Below, one piece after another: positions 52,451 to 64,000 of a stretch of 64,000 nt of DNA (positions within the stretch are counted from its first letter, which is position 1; each line of letters begins with the position of its first letter). The notes under the pieces are model-generated. The model searched no databases. It saw only the letters and a list, made by a program, of their open reading frames with translations, and was not told the origin of the DNA. Source of the DNA: Antedon mediterranea (taxonomy: Eukaryota > Animalia > Echinodermata). The translations under genes and the position numbers were made by a program. The stretch spans positions 11,442,948 to 11,506,947 of the forward strand of contig NC_092673.1 in the NCBI RefSeq assembly GCF_964355755.1, given 5' to 3'.

Positions 52451-53243
52451 AACAAGGCCAACAGCCATTAAGTCGCGTGCTACAATGCATAGTGATACCG
52501 GACCGACAGACAGACCGACAGACCGACCGACCGACATAGTGAACTATACTGACCGAAATTACTGAACATGTTTAAAAATGTTGAAATGTTTAAAAACATT
52601 TATATTTTTTTAATTTACACGTGCGTAGCCTTTCACTTTTGACGTGCTCGTATAACGTAATTTCGAGTTGAAAAGTAAGTCAAGAAAACAGAAATCGGGC
52701 AAAAAGAGTGCGCAATAACATTTAACGCGCAGTGCGCGCGCAAAAATATGCGCACTCATGGCAATTTTGTAAACGCTTAAAATTGCCTGAAACGTACTCT
52801 TATTTCATCGAAAACAAATTTTGAAAATTTTAAGCGCGCGTACGCATGCGTTACATGCGCTACGCACGTAATTGTATTGCCATATGATGATTTATGCCCT
52901 GAAATTTATGAGTACCAAATTTTATTTAATTGTGATTCATGGTTGTGAAGATATGATTACAAACGTGATTTCGTTAAATTGTGCGTAGACCGCGTAATTT
53001 TTTATTGCGCACCGTGAAAACATAACCACATTGATTCCTGGCCATAAGGAATATACTGTGAAAAATTGACCTAGCTAGATTAAACTGATATCAAGATAAG
53101 GTCAGAAAGCGATAAAACGCATAGTGATACCGGACCGACAGACCGACAGACAGACAGACTGACAGACAGACCGACAGACAGACAGACAGACAGACCAACC
53201 GACCGACATAGTGAACTATAGAGTCGCTTCCACGCGACTAAAA
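52451..53243 (-). mobile_element. Helentron-associated (HINE/DINE-1-like) element inserted in the LINE relic
   Basis: The minus strand begins TTTTAGTCGCGTGGAAGCGACTCTATA with a (GTCY)n microsatellite. There is a subterminal inverted repeat AGTCGCGTG/CACGCGACT and a short GC terminal hairpin. It sits in a T-run with no TSD. Confidence 0.75.
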
Positions 53244-53849
53244 ATGTAAAAACATCTTTTAATTTTAAATTATAATTTAAAAATGTATAATTACATTTTA
53301 CTTAAGTATACTATAATTCAAATTATATGATGTCAGAAATGTATTTAAGATTTTCAATTCAATAGGTTAATATGCAGGAGCATTAATATTTGTAAGTAAT
53401 TACTTTTTTAATGTTAATCTTGGTGTTCACTCTTTTGTATGATTTGGATTTTACAAATTTTAAAATTCTAATTCGTTTTACTGTAATTTAATATTATTGT
53501 AAATGTGTATATTAAGATTTTCAGTTTTTAGTTAAATTCTTACTAATAATTTATTTAATATCTTTAGTATTAAGTTTAATTATTTAAGTAAAAATAGACT
53601 TAGGCTCTGTTCATTTTGATGTTTATTCTTTTGTAAATTTGGCTTTTACAATCTATTGTAAAATTCTAATTTATTCTAATTTAAGTGTAAATTAAGATAA
53701 ACTCTTGTTGTTAATTGTTTAATTGTTAAATTTGATTTGTATATAATGTCTTACTTCCTTGTCGAAAAACACTATTGAGATGAATAAGTGTTACCGTGAT
53801 TAATAAAGTTTTATTATTATTATTCTTGTTGAATAGAGATAGCCAAATG

Positions 53850-54540
53850 TTACGTATAACAAATCCAATATCTTGATGAACAGTGTTTTTGTTTGTAAAT
53901 TTCAATAGCTTCCTTGGTTCGTCTGGAATGCCAAAAAGGAACGGTAGCAATTAGTTCAGCATCTTTCCAATTAACTCGGTATTGTTGTTTGTGAGAATGC
54001 ATAACTATTGATGATTTGTCTTGCTCTCCTCTTCTGGCATGGCCTTGATGTTCTTTGAGCCTGGTTTGAAGGTCACGTCCAGTTTTCACAATGTATGCTG
54101 TGTTTAGATGGTTTGTCCTTGTGACAACTTGTTGACTGCAGTATGAAATACTTTTATGTCGGCATTGGGTAGTACTCGCTGGATACGATGAGAAAGCTGT
54201 CCCAAATATGGTAAACATACAGACTTTCTGAACTCTGCAGGATCGCTGTTGTTGGAAGTCCTTCCTGTTGTAACCTGTTCCAATGCTTTGTTGACATGTT
54301 GTATTTCTTGTCGAAGACACTTTTTGTCGCTAATAGTGTGCGGTCTTTTGATAAGAGTTTTACAAACTGATTATTTCGTTGACAGATGGTGGAAAGATCG
54401 CTTATGTAAATATCTGTCTGTGTGAGTGGGTTTGCAATAAACTTTGTGGGACAGAATACCCTCGGGTTACTCATACGTCAAGGAATGGTAAACTGTGGTC
54501 GTTTTCCTCTTTACTTCCATGGTGAATGCAATATTTTAAT
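53850..54540 (-). mobile_element. Penelope-like element relic: RT thumb plus GIY-YIG endonuclease (Poseidon-like)
   Basis: YCKPTHTDRYLH..; AYIVKTGRDLQTRLKEHQ..KSSIVMHSH..VNWKDAELIA..RRTKEAIEIYK. Confidence 0.85.
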
Positions 54541-54736
54541 GCAATAGTTTTTGTGACTCTAATATTAACCCCCATGGATTACTATTACTTTCCTTTTTTT
54601 TCCTTTTTGTATTTTTAATAGTTTTAATAATTTTATGATAAAAGCTTTTAATCTGTATGTATTATACTTAACCTAGCTTTTAATGTATATTTGTGTATTT
54701 TGTTGTAATCTTCTGAATTTGTATAGTATATCTTTT

Positions 54737-54779
54737 TTTGCACTGATGAAGGGCTAGTGATGCCCGAAAGCTCTGCAAA
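54737..54779 (+). ncRNA. Minimal type I hammerhead ribozyme motif
   Basis: TTTGCA-CTGATGA-A-GGGC-tagtgat-GCCC-GAAA-GC-TC-TGCAAA: 6-bp helix I, 4-bp helix II; predicted cleavage after C54773. Confidence 0.8.
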
Positions 54780-54828
54780 GTTTTCTGGCTGTTTTACTTA
54801 TTGTTTTGATTTAGCTTTTCGCTTTTTT

Positions 54829-56462
54829 TTTGTATCTCTATTGAGATCCAGCCACTGATACCCACAGCATTGTCATTTTGTATCTCCATTGAGATCCAGC
54901 CACTGATACCCACAGCATTGTCATTTTGTATCTCCATTGAGATCCAGCCACTGATACCCACAGCATTGTCATTTTGTATCTCCATTGAGATCCAGCCACT
55001 GATACCCACAGCATTGTCATTTTGTATCTCCATTGAGATCCAGCCACTGATACCACAGCATTGTCATTTTGTATCTCCATTGCGATCCAGCCACTGATAC
55101 CCACAGCATTGTCATTTTGTATCTCCATTGAGATCCAGCCACTGATACCCACAGCATTGTCATTTTGTATCTCCATTGAGATCCAGCCACTGATACCAAC
55201 AGCATTGTCATTTTGTATCTCCATTGAGATCCAGCCACTGATACCCACAGCATTGTCATTTTGTATCTCCATTGCGATCCAGCCACTGATACCCACAGAA
55301 TTGTCATTTTGTATCTCCATTGAGATCCAGCCACTGATACCCACAGCATTGTCATTTTGTATCTCCATTGAGATCCAGCCACTGATACCAACAGCATTGT
55401 CATTTTGTATCTCCATTGAGATCCAGCCACTGATACCCACAGCATTGTCATTTTGTATCTCCATTGAGATCCAGCCACTGATACCAACAGCATTGTCATT
55501 TTGTATCTCCATTGAGATCCAGCCACTGACACCCACAGCATTGTCATTTTGTATCTCCATTGAGATCCAGCCACTGATACCCACAGCATTGTCATTTTGT
55601 ATCTCCATTGAGATCCAGCCACTGATACCCACATCATTGTCATTTTGTATCTCCATTGAGATCCAGCCACTGATACCCACAGCATTGTCATTTTGTATCT
55701 CCATTGAGATCCAGCCACGGATACCAACAGCATTGTCATTTTGTATCTCCATTGAGATCCAGCCACTGATACCAACAGCATTGTCATTTTGTATCTCCAT
55801 TGAGATCCAGCCACTGATACCCACAGCATTGTCATTTTGTATCTCCATTGAGATCCAGCCACTGATACCCACAGCATTGTCATTTTGTATCTCCATTGAG
55901 ATCCAGCCACTGATACCCACAGCATTGTCATTTTGTATCTCCATTGAGATCCAGCCACTGATACCCACAGCATTGTCATTTTGTATCTCCATTGAGATCC
56001 AGCCACTGATACCCACAGCATTGTCATTTTGTATTTCCATTGAGATCCAGCCACTGATACCCACAACATTGTCATTTTGTATCTCCATTGAGATCCAGCC
56101 ACTGATACCCACAGCATTGTCATTTTGTATCTCCATTGAGATCTAGCCACGGATACCAACAGCATTGTCATTTTGTATCTCCATTGAGATCCAGCCACTG
56201 ATACCAACAGCATTGTCATTTTGTATCTCCATTGAGATCCAGCCACTGATACCCACAGCATTGTCATTTTGTATCTCCATTGAGATCCAGCCACTGATAC
56301 CCACAGCATTGTCATTTTGTATCTCCATTGAGATCCAGCCACTGATACCCACAGCATTGTCATTTGTATCTCCATTGAGATCGAGCCACTGATACCCACA
56401 GCATTGTCATTTTGTATCTCCATTGAGATCCAGCCACTGATACCCACAGCATTGTCATTTTT
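54829..56462. repeat. 48-bp tandem array, ~34 copies
   Basis: Unit TTTGTATCTCCATTGAGATCCAGCCACTGATACCCACAGCATTGTCAT. Confidence 0.97.
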
Positions 56463-56599
56463 TCAGTAATTTGCCTTTGGATGTATATAGTAGGTAAAAT
56501 CTTAAAAATCATGTACATTTGCATAAATATTGGTTTATAAAATATGAAAAGTTAAAAATCTATACAATGTTGCTTTAAACTGTGTTTAGATTTGCTTTT

Positions 56600-57200
56600 A
56601 TTGGGATTCAGTTTGAGGCAATTTTTGCCCATGAATTAATAGACGTTAGATCTTTTTGAATATTTGGGTCTGAATCCTTAGTGCTAACTAAAAAAAAAAT
56701 GAACACATCATCAGCGTATTGTATAATACTTGATGTAATGTATTGATGAAGGTCATTAGCATACATGACAAAAAGCAACAGACTCAAAACAGACCCATTG
56801 CGGCGCACCTAACAGCACCAACCAGTCCAAAGAGTTGCCTTTATATACAACCTGCTGTATATGATTTGATAAAAAAGATGTTATCCAGCTTAACGCAGTG
56901 TCATTGATATTGAATGTCAACAATAATTTGCGGAGAAGAATATCGTAGGATATGGTATCAACGCACGACTGAAATCCAAAGTAATAAGGTCAACGGTTGG
57001 CGTTTTCGAATCAATTGCACATAACCAATCAGTGGTTGCTGACACCAGGCTGTGGTACAGGATTGACTAGGAAGAAAACCATGTTAAGAATTTGTTGGAA
57101 AACTTGTTTCCAACAAATTCTGAAACAAGCGCGTTTAAGCATGCAAACACTCAAACCATCAGGACCAGAAGCTTTATTTGATGTGAAGTTTTTGTGAATG
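56600..57200 (-). mobile_element. CR1/L2-type RT relic
   Basis: KASGPDGLSV..DLITLDFSRA..LSWITSFLSN..GSVLSLLLFVMYANDL..IQYADD. Confidence 0.85.
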
Positions 57201-57249
57201 TGAAACATGAAAACCAGCAAGAGATGGAATGTCCAAAGTTAGGAGAGTC

Positions 57250-57940
57250 ACTAATGACTGATCTTCTACCATTATGCAAAGACATTCATCCGAATCCTGG
57301 TACTGTTCTAGTTTCTGGTTCTACTGAGGTACAACGACCAAGCAACCTGTTAGGTAGGACTAATGCAACCGGTCCAAACAATATCTGCGGTGCTTGTTCT
57401 CATAACATTTTTTGGAACCGCCAGCAGCTTTGTTGCTGTGATTTTCGGGTATTGTTTCACGCTTTCACGTTTCGATTTCCCCAAACAATTTTCGTCGATT
57501 TTATAAAAACAAAAATCACACCTGAACCTGTTATGTTTGTGCATTGCCGCGACTGAATGACTCTTTTTTTTTAGCAATGATTCCTCGCTAACCAATTCCT
57601 CTATTGGTGGTCTTGTTACTGACAATGACTCTTATGCAAGTGCAAGCAATGGTCCAGGTATTACTGGACTATGCCTAAATGCTCGGAGCTTGAGGAACAA
57701 ATTTGCCTGCTTGGAGAAAAAAAGAAAAAAACCCAAGTTTGGTTGGAATCATAGAAAGTTGGCTGGATGATACAGTACCTGATGGCATCCTATCATGTAA
57801 TTCTAAGAAAAGATCGATCTACTCGTGGCGGTGGTGTCCTGCTGGCAATTAAACCAGAGCTGGATCCAAAACATGTTCTTCATCCCTCATTGAATGCGTA
57901 TGGGCGGAATTCACTGTACTCGATGGAAAATGGTTATGAG
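57250..57940 (+). mobile_element. CR1-like LINE 5' relic: 2A-like motif, Cys-rich region, APE endonuclease start
   Basis: LLPLCKDIHPNPG; CGAC..CCDF..FH; CLNARSLRNK..ESWLDDTVPD..RKDRS..RGGGVLLAIK. Confidence 0.75.
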
Positions 57941-58819
57941 CTATAACATATTGAAATTTACTGTAAGGATAAAAATATGTTACCCAAGTGTTTCACGCTT
58001 TTGATCATGATGACGTCATTCAAAATTTTTTAAATGGTAAATCATGCGAAATATCATTGATTGACCTAGACATATTAAAATATGGGGCAAAATGGAATAC
58101 GATAAGTGGAGATGCGCTCTATTAAATGTGGCCATACGATGACGTCTCAATGTCCGGTTAGCCATCTTGATGCATGATCCCATATCTACAACTCATCTAC
58201 TACCAGAGTATGTAATAAAAATAAACCATGTAGTTTAGAAACTCTGACTGTAAAAAAAAAGCATTGTTTTGACGAATTTGTGCTTGTATGATGTGATTTT
58301 AAGTTTAAATTGTTTAAAAGTTTTAAATGCTTAAAATGACATGAAACGCGTAGAAAGTTGATTAAAAAAATGAAATAAAATTGTAAACGCATGTGCGTTT
58401 TCTGTGAAACATTTTTTTTCACAGAAAGTTAGTGCATGATATAAATTACACTTTTTGTTTCAATTAAAATTTTGGATCTATGTTAAATATGCGAAATTCA
58501 TAAAATCGCGCATAACTTATGCTGTTCGACTCTAAAGTCATAAAACGAAGTTTCCTGCACATCTACAGTTAGAGGTCAATCTTCTGACAAAGATATACAA
58601 TCTTATGTTCACAAGGATTAGAGATTCAGCTGAAACAAAACTTTGGGAATGAAAGAAGAAGAGAGATCGTGACAATAAATTAGGGGTTATCCGCCAAATG
58701 CGGATAACCAAAAAATCGGCAAATACCATAAAAATGAAATAAAAAATGGTAGAGAGAGAAAGCAGAGAGGTGGTCACAGCTTGCTGAGCGCTGTCACAAA
58801 TATAATGCTATGTAAGTGA

Positions 58820-59670
58820 AATGTTGTTGTTACAAGAAGACGTTGACAGACTCATTCACTAGTGCAACACTCTAAATGCAAATAAATGTCTTACTCTTAA
58901 GAAAAAACCCATCTATTTTGACTTTTATTTTAATAATATCTTACTTGAAAGAACGTCTGTTCACAAAGACCTTTTTAGATAGTTCATTAACCGTTTGTAA
59001 ACATATTGATTTTATTGTCTCTCTAAGTGCAATAGACTTTTGGGTTTTCTTTGGAGACATTGCAGACATATTAATGATAAAAAGGCATTAGTTATTTTCT
59101 ACAAATTTTTAGTTAGGTCAAATCTTGAATTCTGCAGTGTTATTTTCAACTCTATTTCTCTTGCCCAGTTTTCTAGATTACAAAGTGTACAGAACAAGTT
59201 TTGTCGATTTTACGTGCGTAAATTTGGTTCTATTACTATTAGCAAAGACGTTCTAATTAATTAATTTAGTTATTTGATTTAATTTTTCTTTTTAAGGCTA
59301 TGAACTCAATTTTTCATGGTAATTTTGAAGTGTACTTTCCTATTTATGTTCCACAATATCAATTGCATAATCTTCCTTTATTTTCTATATCAAGAGGGAG
59401 AGTAAATATTACTAAAAATGGTTTTGTTAATCGTTTGTTATGAGTTATACCACTCACTATGTAAAGTTGATCTGTTGATATTTTTTTTTATTCACTTGCT
59501 TGTTTCCATCACAAGGTTTTTTTTAATGTCAGTAATATTTAAATGTTGTCTTGTTATCTGTTGATTTTTGCTTGTATATATTATATTATATTTTATGACT
59601 TTCAACCCTGTTAATGGCGACGTTTGGTCACTGTAGGGTGGATGAAATAAAATAACAATAAAAAAATATA
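58820..59670 (+). mobile_element. CR1-like LINE ORF2 C-terminus and 3' tail relic
   Basis: LLQEDVDRL..NANKC..FYKFLVRSNLEFCSVIF..RLQSVQNKFCRF; ends in an AATAAA-rich tail. Confidence 0.75.
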
Positions 59671-59756
59671 AAATGAAATAATGCAGAATTGATGGTCCAT
59701 ACTATTTAGTAATAGGAGTGTTAAAAAAGAATAACAGTTATAAATAATAACAATAC

Positions 59757-59879
59757 CTTTGGCTTTATTGCTGCCCTATAGTTGCCAATGATTGGCACCA
59801 GGGCCTTCATAAATGAGCGAGCTATGCCATCACCAAGTTGAGTTGCATTGTTTTTCAAATTTCGTTTCAGTTGGTTTAC
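59757..59879 (-). CDS. DENND1: DENND1-like exon (VNQLKRNLKNNATQLGDGIARSFMKALVPIIGNYRAAIKPK)
   Basis: TTTAAG| ... |GTATTG; matches DENND1 GDGVARAFLKA..GSYR. Confidence 0.95.
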
Positions 59880-59961
59880 CTTAAAAAAAATATAGTATGT
59901 AAATTCTTTTGGCTATAATGTAGGCGCAGTTACAAAATTAAAGTTACAAAATTGTACTTAC

Positions 59962-60063
59962 GACATCCGATGGTAATTTGTCAAGATCATTGTATGGACT
60001 TTCAAAATCATTGATATCAGCATCAAGTACAAGTACCTCATCTAGAGGCATTTTTTTAACTTT
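59962..60063 (-). CDS. DENND1: DENND1-like exon (KVKKMPLDEVLVLDADINDFESPYNDLDKLPSDV)
   Basis: ATATAG| ... |GTAAGT; 102 nt. Confidence 0.95.
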
Positions 60064-60476
60064 CTATATTTCAGAAAAGATAACATACAGTAATATGAGA
60101 AATTGGTTATTTTTAAACACCTTGCTATTTGATTTCTTAATTATAATGTGCCATTCAGTTTTACTTTAACTTTACTAAAGTTATCTATAACTGAACTCAA
60201 CATCTAAAATATAAGCACTTTTGACTTGCCTAATAATTGACATTGGTTTTCTATGAAAGCAGCAGAATAATTTAGTAAAACTTTACATTAGAACAGTAGC
60301 TTATTATAAAACAATTCTTTTTTTGCATTCACTATTTGTATAATAAAATGAAATGGTTTTTACATTCCTTTTTACAAAATTGAAGTACAATTCTGGCCAT
60401 AATGCAGGATAATCCAAATAAGACCAATGTCCAGATGCAAAAGTCAATTATCAAATCAATACAAAATGGTGCTTAC

Positions 60477-60623
60477 CTGCATAAGTGATGAATGTACCCC
60501 TATGAGGTATGGCATTGGGGCGCAACAGTAATCCAGTAAATGTGGAGGCATAACGGGTATAAATATGTGTTGCCAATGTAAAGGATATATCAACTGAGCT
60601 GCACCATGAATACAGGCAGTAAG
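60477..60623 (-). CDS. DENND1: DENND1-like core DENN exon ([49 protein letters not shown])
   Basis: AAATAG| ... |GTAAGC; strong match to the DENND1 cDENN signature. Confidence 0.97.
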
Positions 60624-61572
60624 CTATTTGAAAATAGTAAAAAAACACCAAATCAATTAGTTATTAACAATATGTTGTCATGACGTGTGATAATGCTTTA
60701 AATAATACATAGCCCCTGTGAATATGTGAATGTGATTGATCAAAATGTCATCTCATGACTACCATTTTGAGAATAGTACACGTTATATTTCTCGAGAACA
60801 TGTTAATAGACTGAGTAATTTTCGTGTGATTCTTGTGCCCCTGACATACAAAATCAAGTTAAATCTTAAGGACTGTTATATTGACCAAGTAATTCCGAAG
60901 TTACTAGACGAATAAAAATGCTACATATATTGGGTTTCAAACTTGCGATATCTAGATCAAAAGACATTACTCTACCCATTGTGCCATCGAAAAAATATTT
61001 TGCTTAATGCCCCTTTCCAACATTTGCTACGAATAAAAACTTCCTGCTTGATATAACTTCAAATGAACAAGAAGCCGTCACAACAACACAGAGACTGTGA
61101 TACAATATAGTTTTTCAAATTCACCGCTATAAGTATAAACCATACACATTTTTTAACATTATGTGAATTGCGTTAGCAATCAACGCTTCATTTAAGATGA
61201 CTGTATCAACCTCATTAATTGCAATTTTGACACGGCCCCTTAAAGAAGTAGGCAATTATTAACTTCCATGAGCAGTACATACCGAGGAATGTAATTGTGC
61301 CGGTTGGGTCGCCCTGTTTAAAAGTCTCCTGCCCGGTCTAAAGCCGATTTTAATGTGTAAAAATAGCATATGCCAATTAATAGCTTAAATAGCTCCCTCA
61401 GAATGAACGATGACCCCAATTTAACTTACTATGGAAGCTAATGAGTTACAGATATGAATTAATGTACAATTTTGTGACAGCTCCTTACATTTAGTTTGCA
61501 AAAGTAATCTCAAAAGAAATCCATCTAAAAAATGGGCTTCTTTTCGAGGTTCTATTGTTCTGAAGTACTTAC

Positions 61573-61621
61573 CAAACTTAAACGTTTTGAAGTTATAAGA
61601 ACTCTTCTTTCATACAATAAA
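61573..61621 (-). CDS. DENND1: DENND1-like exon (LLYERRVLITSKRLSL)
   Basis: CCATAG| ... |GTAAGT; 49 nt; DENN 'ERRI/V' motif. Confidence 0.95.
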
Positions 61622-61844
61622 CTATGGTTTGGAAGAAGAATAAAACTATAACTCATATATTTGTGTTGTCTAATAGTTTAAAACAAAAAACCTACAGGAT
61701 GTGGCCCAAAAATTGAATTAAAATATTAATAATTAACAAAATCTATTTAATTATTACTTCATTTTTATTGAATTATTACAAAGTGCTTTGAGAAGTTATT
61801 TAAAGATGTATTGAAAATAGAATTGATAATGTTTTGTCTGATAT

Positions 61845-62813
61845 CATTGTTTCAAACACCGGTGCCCCACAGGGATGCGTGTTATCTCCATTGTTGACCT
61901 TAGAAGTGAATCATGTCAAATAGTTAAATTTGCTGATGACACCTGTATCACAGGCTTAATTGTAAACAATGATGAGAGCACGTATAGAATTGTTAGTAAT
62001 ATAATTAACTGGTGTGATATGAACTGTATTATTGTAAATAAAACGAAGGAAAAAAATTCGTAAAATTAAGAGGCAACTGATACCTTTAAATATCAAAGAT
62101 AATGATGTCTGCACAACTAGTGAACATAAATATTTAGGAGTATGGATAGATGAAAAACTGTCATGGAACGCCAACACTGCCAAAGTCTATGCGAAGGCAA
62201 ATCAAAAATTGTACTTCTTAAGGAAATTAAGAAACTTTAAGATTGGCAGAGATGCGCTGTCTCTATTCCATCATGATACAGTCCATATTAACATTTTGCT
62301 GTATTGTATGGCTAAATAGTTTATCTAAGAATAATTCAAATAAATTACAGAGAATAATAAAAATGGCTAAGAAGGTAATAGGTGAAAACGTCCCATCTAT
62401 CCATGATATATGCGATAAGGTTATGGAGAAAAAACTAAAATGTATAATAACGATTAGTCTCATCCTCTTTTTAACTTTATAAAATTCAGTAGATCCAGAA
62501 GGATGATCCCTTCATTTAAGAAGACTGAGCATCAGAATAAATCATTTCTTCCGTGTGCAATCAGGCAATACAACAAGCAATTTAAAAGATAACTTGAGAC
62601 GTTTTATATTTTATTCTTTATATAGTATTTTAATATTTATATTTTTACCATGTTTTATACATAAGCATATTTTCTTATATATTATCTTATCCATTGTATA
62701 GTATTGTATGTTTTTAACTGTTGTTATTTTTATTGTAATTTGAACCTTGGAAGGCAAATTTCATTTACTTTGTATTTGACAATAAATTTTAACTTGAACT
62801 TGAACTTGAACTT
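61845..62813 (+). mobile_element. 5'-truncated LINE (Rex1/L2-like) RT relic with (AACTTG)n tail
   Basis: TGAPQGCVIS..IVKFADDTCITGLI..KYLGVWIDEKLSW..KANQKLYFLRKL..IQSILTFCCIVW; tail AACTTGAACTTGAACTTGAACTT. Confidence 0.85.
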
Positions 62814-62834
62814 AATAAAAAAATAATACTATAC

Positions 62835-62896
62835 CTCGCAAATATATGCATCATAATCACTGGATCAATTGCGTTGAAATATTCAGTTATATTTCT
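62835..62896 (-). CDS. DENND1: DENND1-like exon (RNITEYFNAIDPVIMMHIFAS); most 5' exon found, and the gene probably continues beyond the window
   Basis: CTACAG| ... |GTATAG; matches DENND1 RNLTEYFVAVD..MLHLYAS. Confidence 0.93.
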
Positions 62897-64000
62897 CTGT
62901 AGAAGCAATGACAAAAAGCATAATAAAAACAATTGGTTTCTATTTATAGTTAGGTGGCCATAATGTCTTAGTACTGAGTGTGACAGGCTAATTGCACTAC
63001 AACCTTGTGAATGTAAGTTTGGTGTTATGATTTATATCCATCCTTACACAGTTGAGATCCCTGGTTCAATTCCTGCTGAAGATCTTTATTTTTTCATCAT
63101 CGTTATTTTTTTTATTTATTATTCCTAATAATATTTTATATTTTGATTTTTTTTACTATGAACCATTACGGTAAGACTGCTCAGTAACAGATCCTCAGCT
63201 TTTCAAAAATGTCTCCTACCTTTTAACAGTAGGTCTGAAAATATTAAAAAGTGGTCCAGAATTGGTATCCAGGTCCAGTTTTCCTCCAAAACTTAATGGA
63301 GTGGTCCTTGACAACATACCTATCTTTTTCAAATGTTTCAATTTTGTAAAGATCTGGCAATAACTTTTTGAGTAATCCTGCTAACAATGTGATTGACTAC
63401 ATAAACTCCTTGACGTGACGGAGGTAAATATGACAATTCTGCACTCTATTGCTTCTGTATTTTACTGTTTCATTATGTTTTTTAATAAATAAAGATATAT
63501 ATTTGAAATATTTCTTTTATTAAATTTTTCCTATTGAATAATTATACACATATGTATTGACAGTATTTATCATTATGAATGTCTATATAAATCATTATAA
63601 TGATTTATCCAAAGTCCAAAGTTCTCAGGAAACAACTTATTATCAATTCTAAATTCATATGAATTAAAGAGAGAAAAGTACAAAATCACTTCAATCATAT
63701 TAAATAATTTCCTGTCATTTGATTGGACGATTGTTGGGGGACAATAGCATGCAATAGTACACACTATTGAGCTATTTAGAAAAACAAATAATGAATGTTT
63801 TTATTTGTGAAAATATGGTATAAATAATGTTATTCGTTGAATAATGAAAGGTTACCTCGTGCCAATATTTGTACCATTCAACTCATAAACATTTATTGTT
63901 TGTATAATATTATACTAGCAGTAACCTGTGCTCCTCACAGTCTTTTTCCACCTTAATATAATAAAAGCGCACTCTAATAAAAGTACCTTTTAAATGAAAA

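Larger units (their letters stand above)
54560..56482 (+). mobile_element. Penelope-like 3' end/pLTR, copy 3, with internal array expansion
   Basis: Possible ORF end (NPHGL), AT-rich UTR, hammerhead, 48-bp array, then the same terminus CAGTAATTTGCCTTTGGAT as copies 1 and 2. Confidence 0.7.

Noticed and set aside
54794-56447. Long repetitive ORFs on both strands; CRISPR-like appearance
   Set aside because: This is a pure 48-bp tandem repeat with no unique spacers and no cas genes, in a eukaryotic context.
63220-63234. AG-15 nt-GT candidate microexon on the minus strand
   Set aside because: It has an in-frame TAA in the required phase and lies in repeat-like sequence.
63573-63764. SYEFRIDNKLFPEN resembling the DENND1 segment ending 'IPEN'
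   Set aside because: There is no GT donor after the PEN codons and the similarity is weak. The real upstream exon is probably outside the window.
63916-63945. Possible Helitron 3' end (CTAG plus hairpin) on the minus strand
   Set aside because: The hairpin is imperfect and the window ends before a 5' terminus can be confirmed.

Overview
This is AT-rich eukaryotic (animal) genomic DNA. The TAGGCCTA/CTAG-rich tracts and repeat families suggest a marine invertebrate such as an echinoderm, but that is inference only. The one host gene I can support is a 5'-truncated DENND1/connecdenn-like Rab35-GEF on the minus strand. I traced 14 exons by hand from 62896 down to the stop at 31946 (about 709 aa, GT-AG, consistent phases); one is a candidate 30-nt microexon. 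The rest is repeat DNA: a four-level nest of non-autonomous DNA transposons (3872-10272), MITEs with 2-9 bp target-site duplications, Helitron/Helentron-like elements, L1/Tx1, CR1/L2 and Penelope-like relics, tRNA-derived SINEs, and five tandem-repeat families (97, ~190, 31, 31 and 48 bp). The most notable signal is a Penelope-type terminal repeat carrying a minimal hammerhead ribozyme, present three times. In one copy an internal 48-bp segment has expanded into a ~34-copy array. The long ORFs at 36-38 kb and 55-56 kb are artefacts of tandem repeats. No database searches were run; all family assignments rest on motif recognition.
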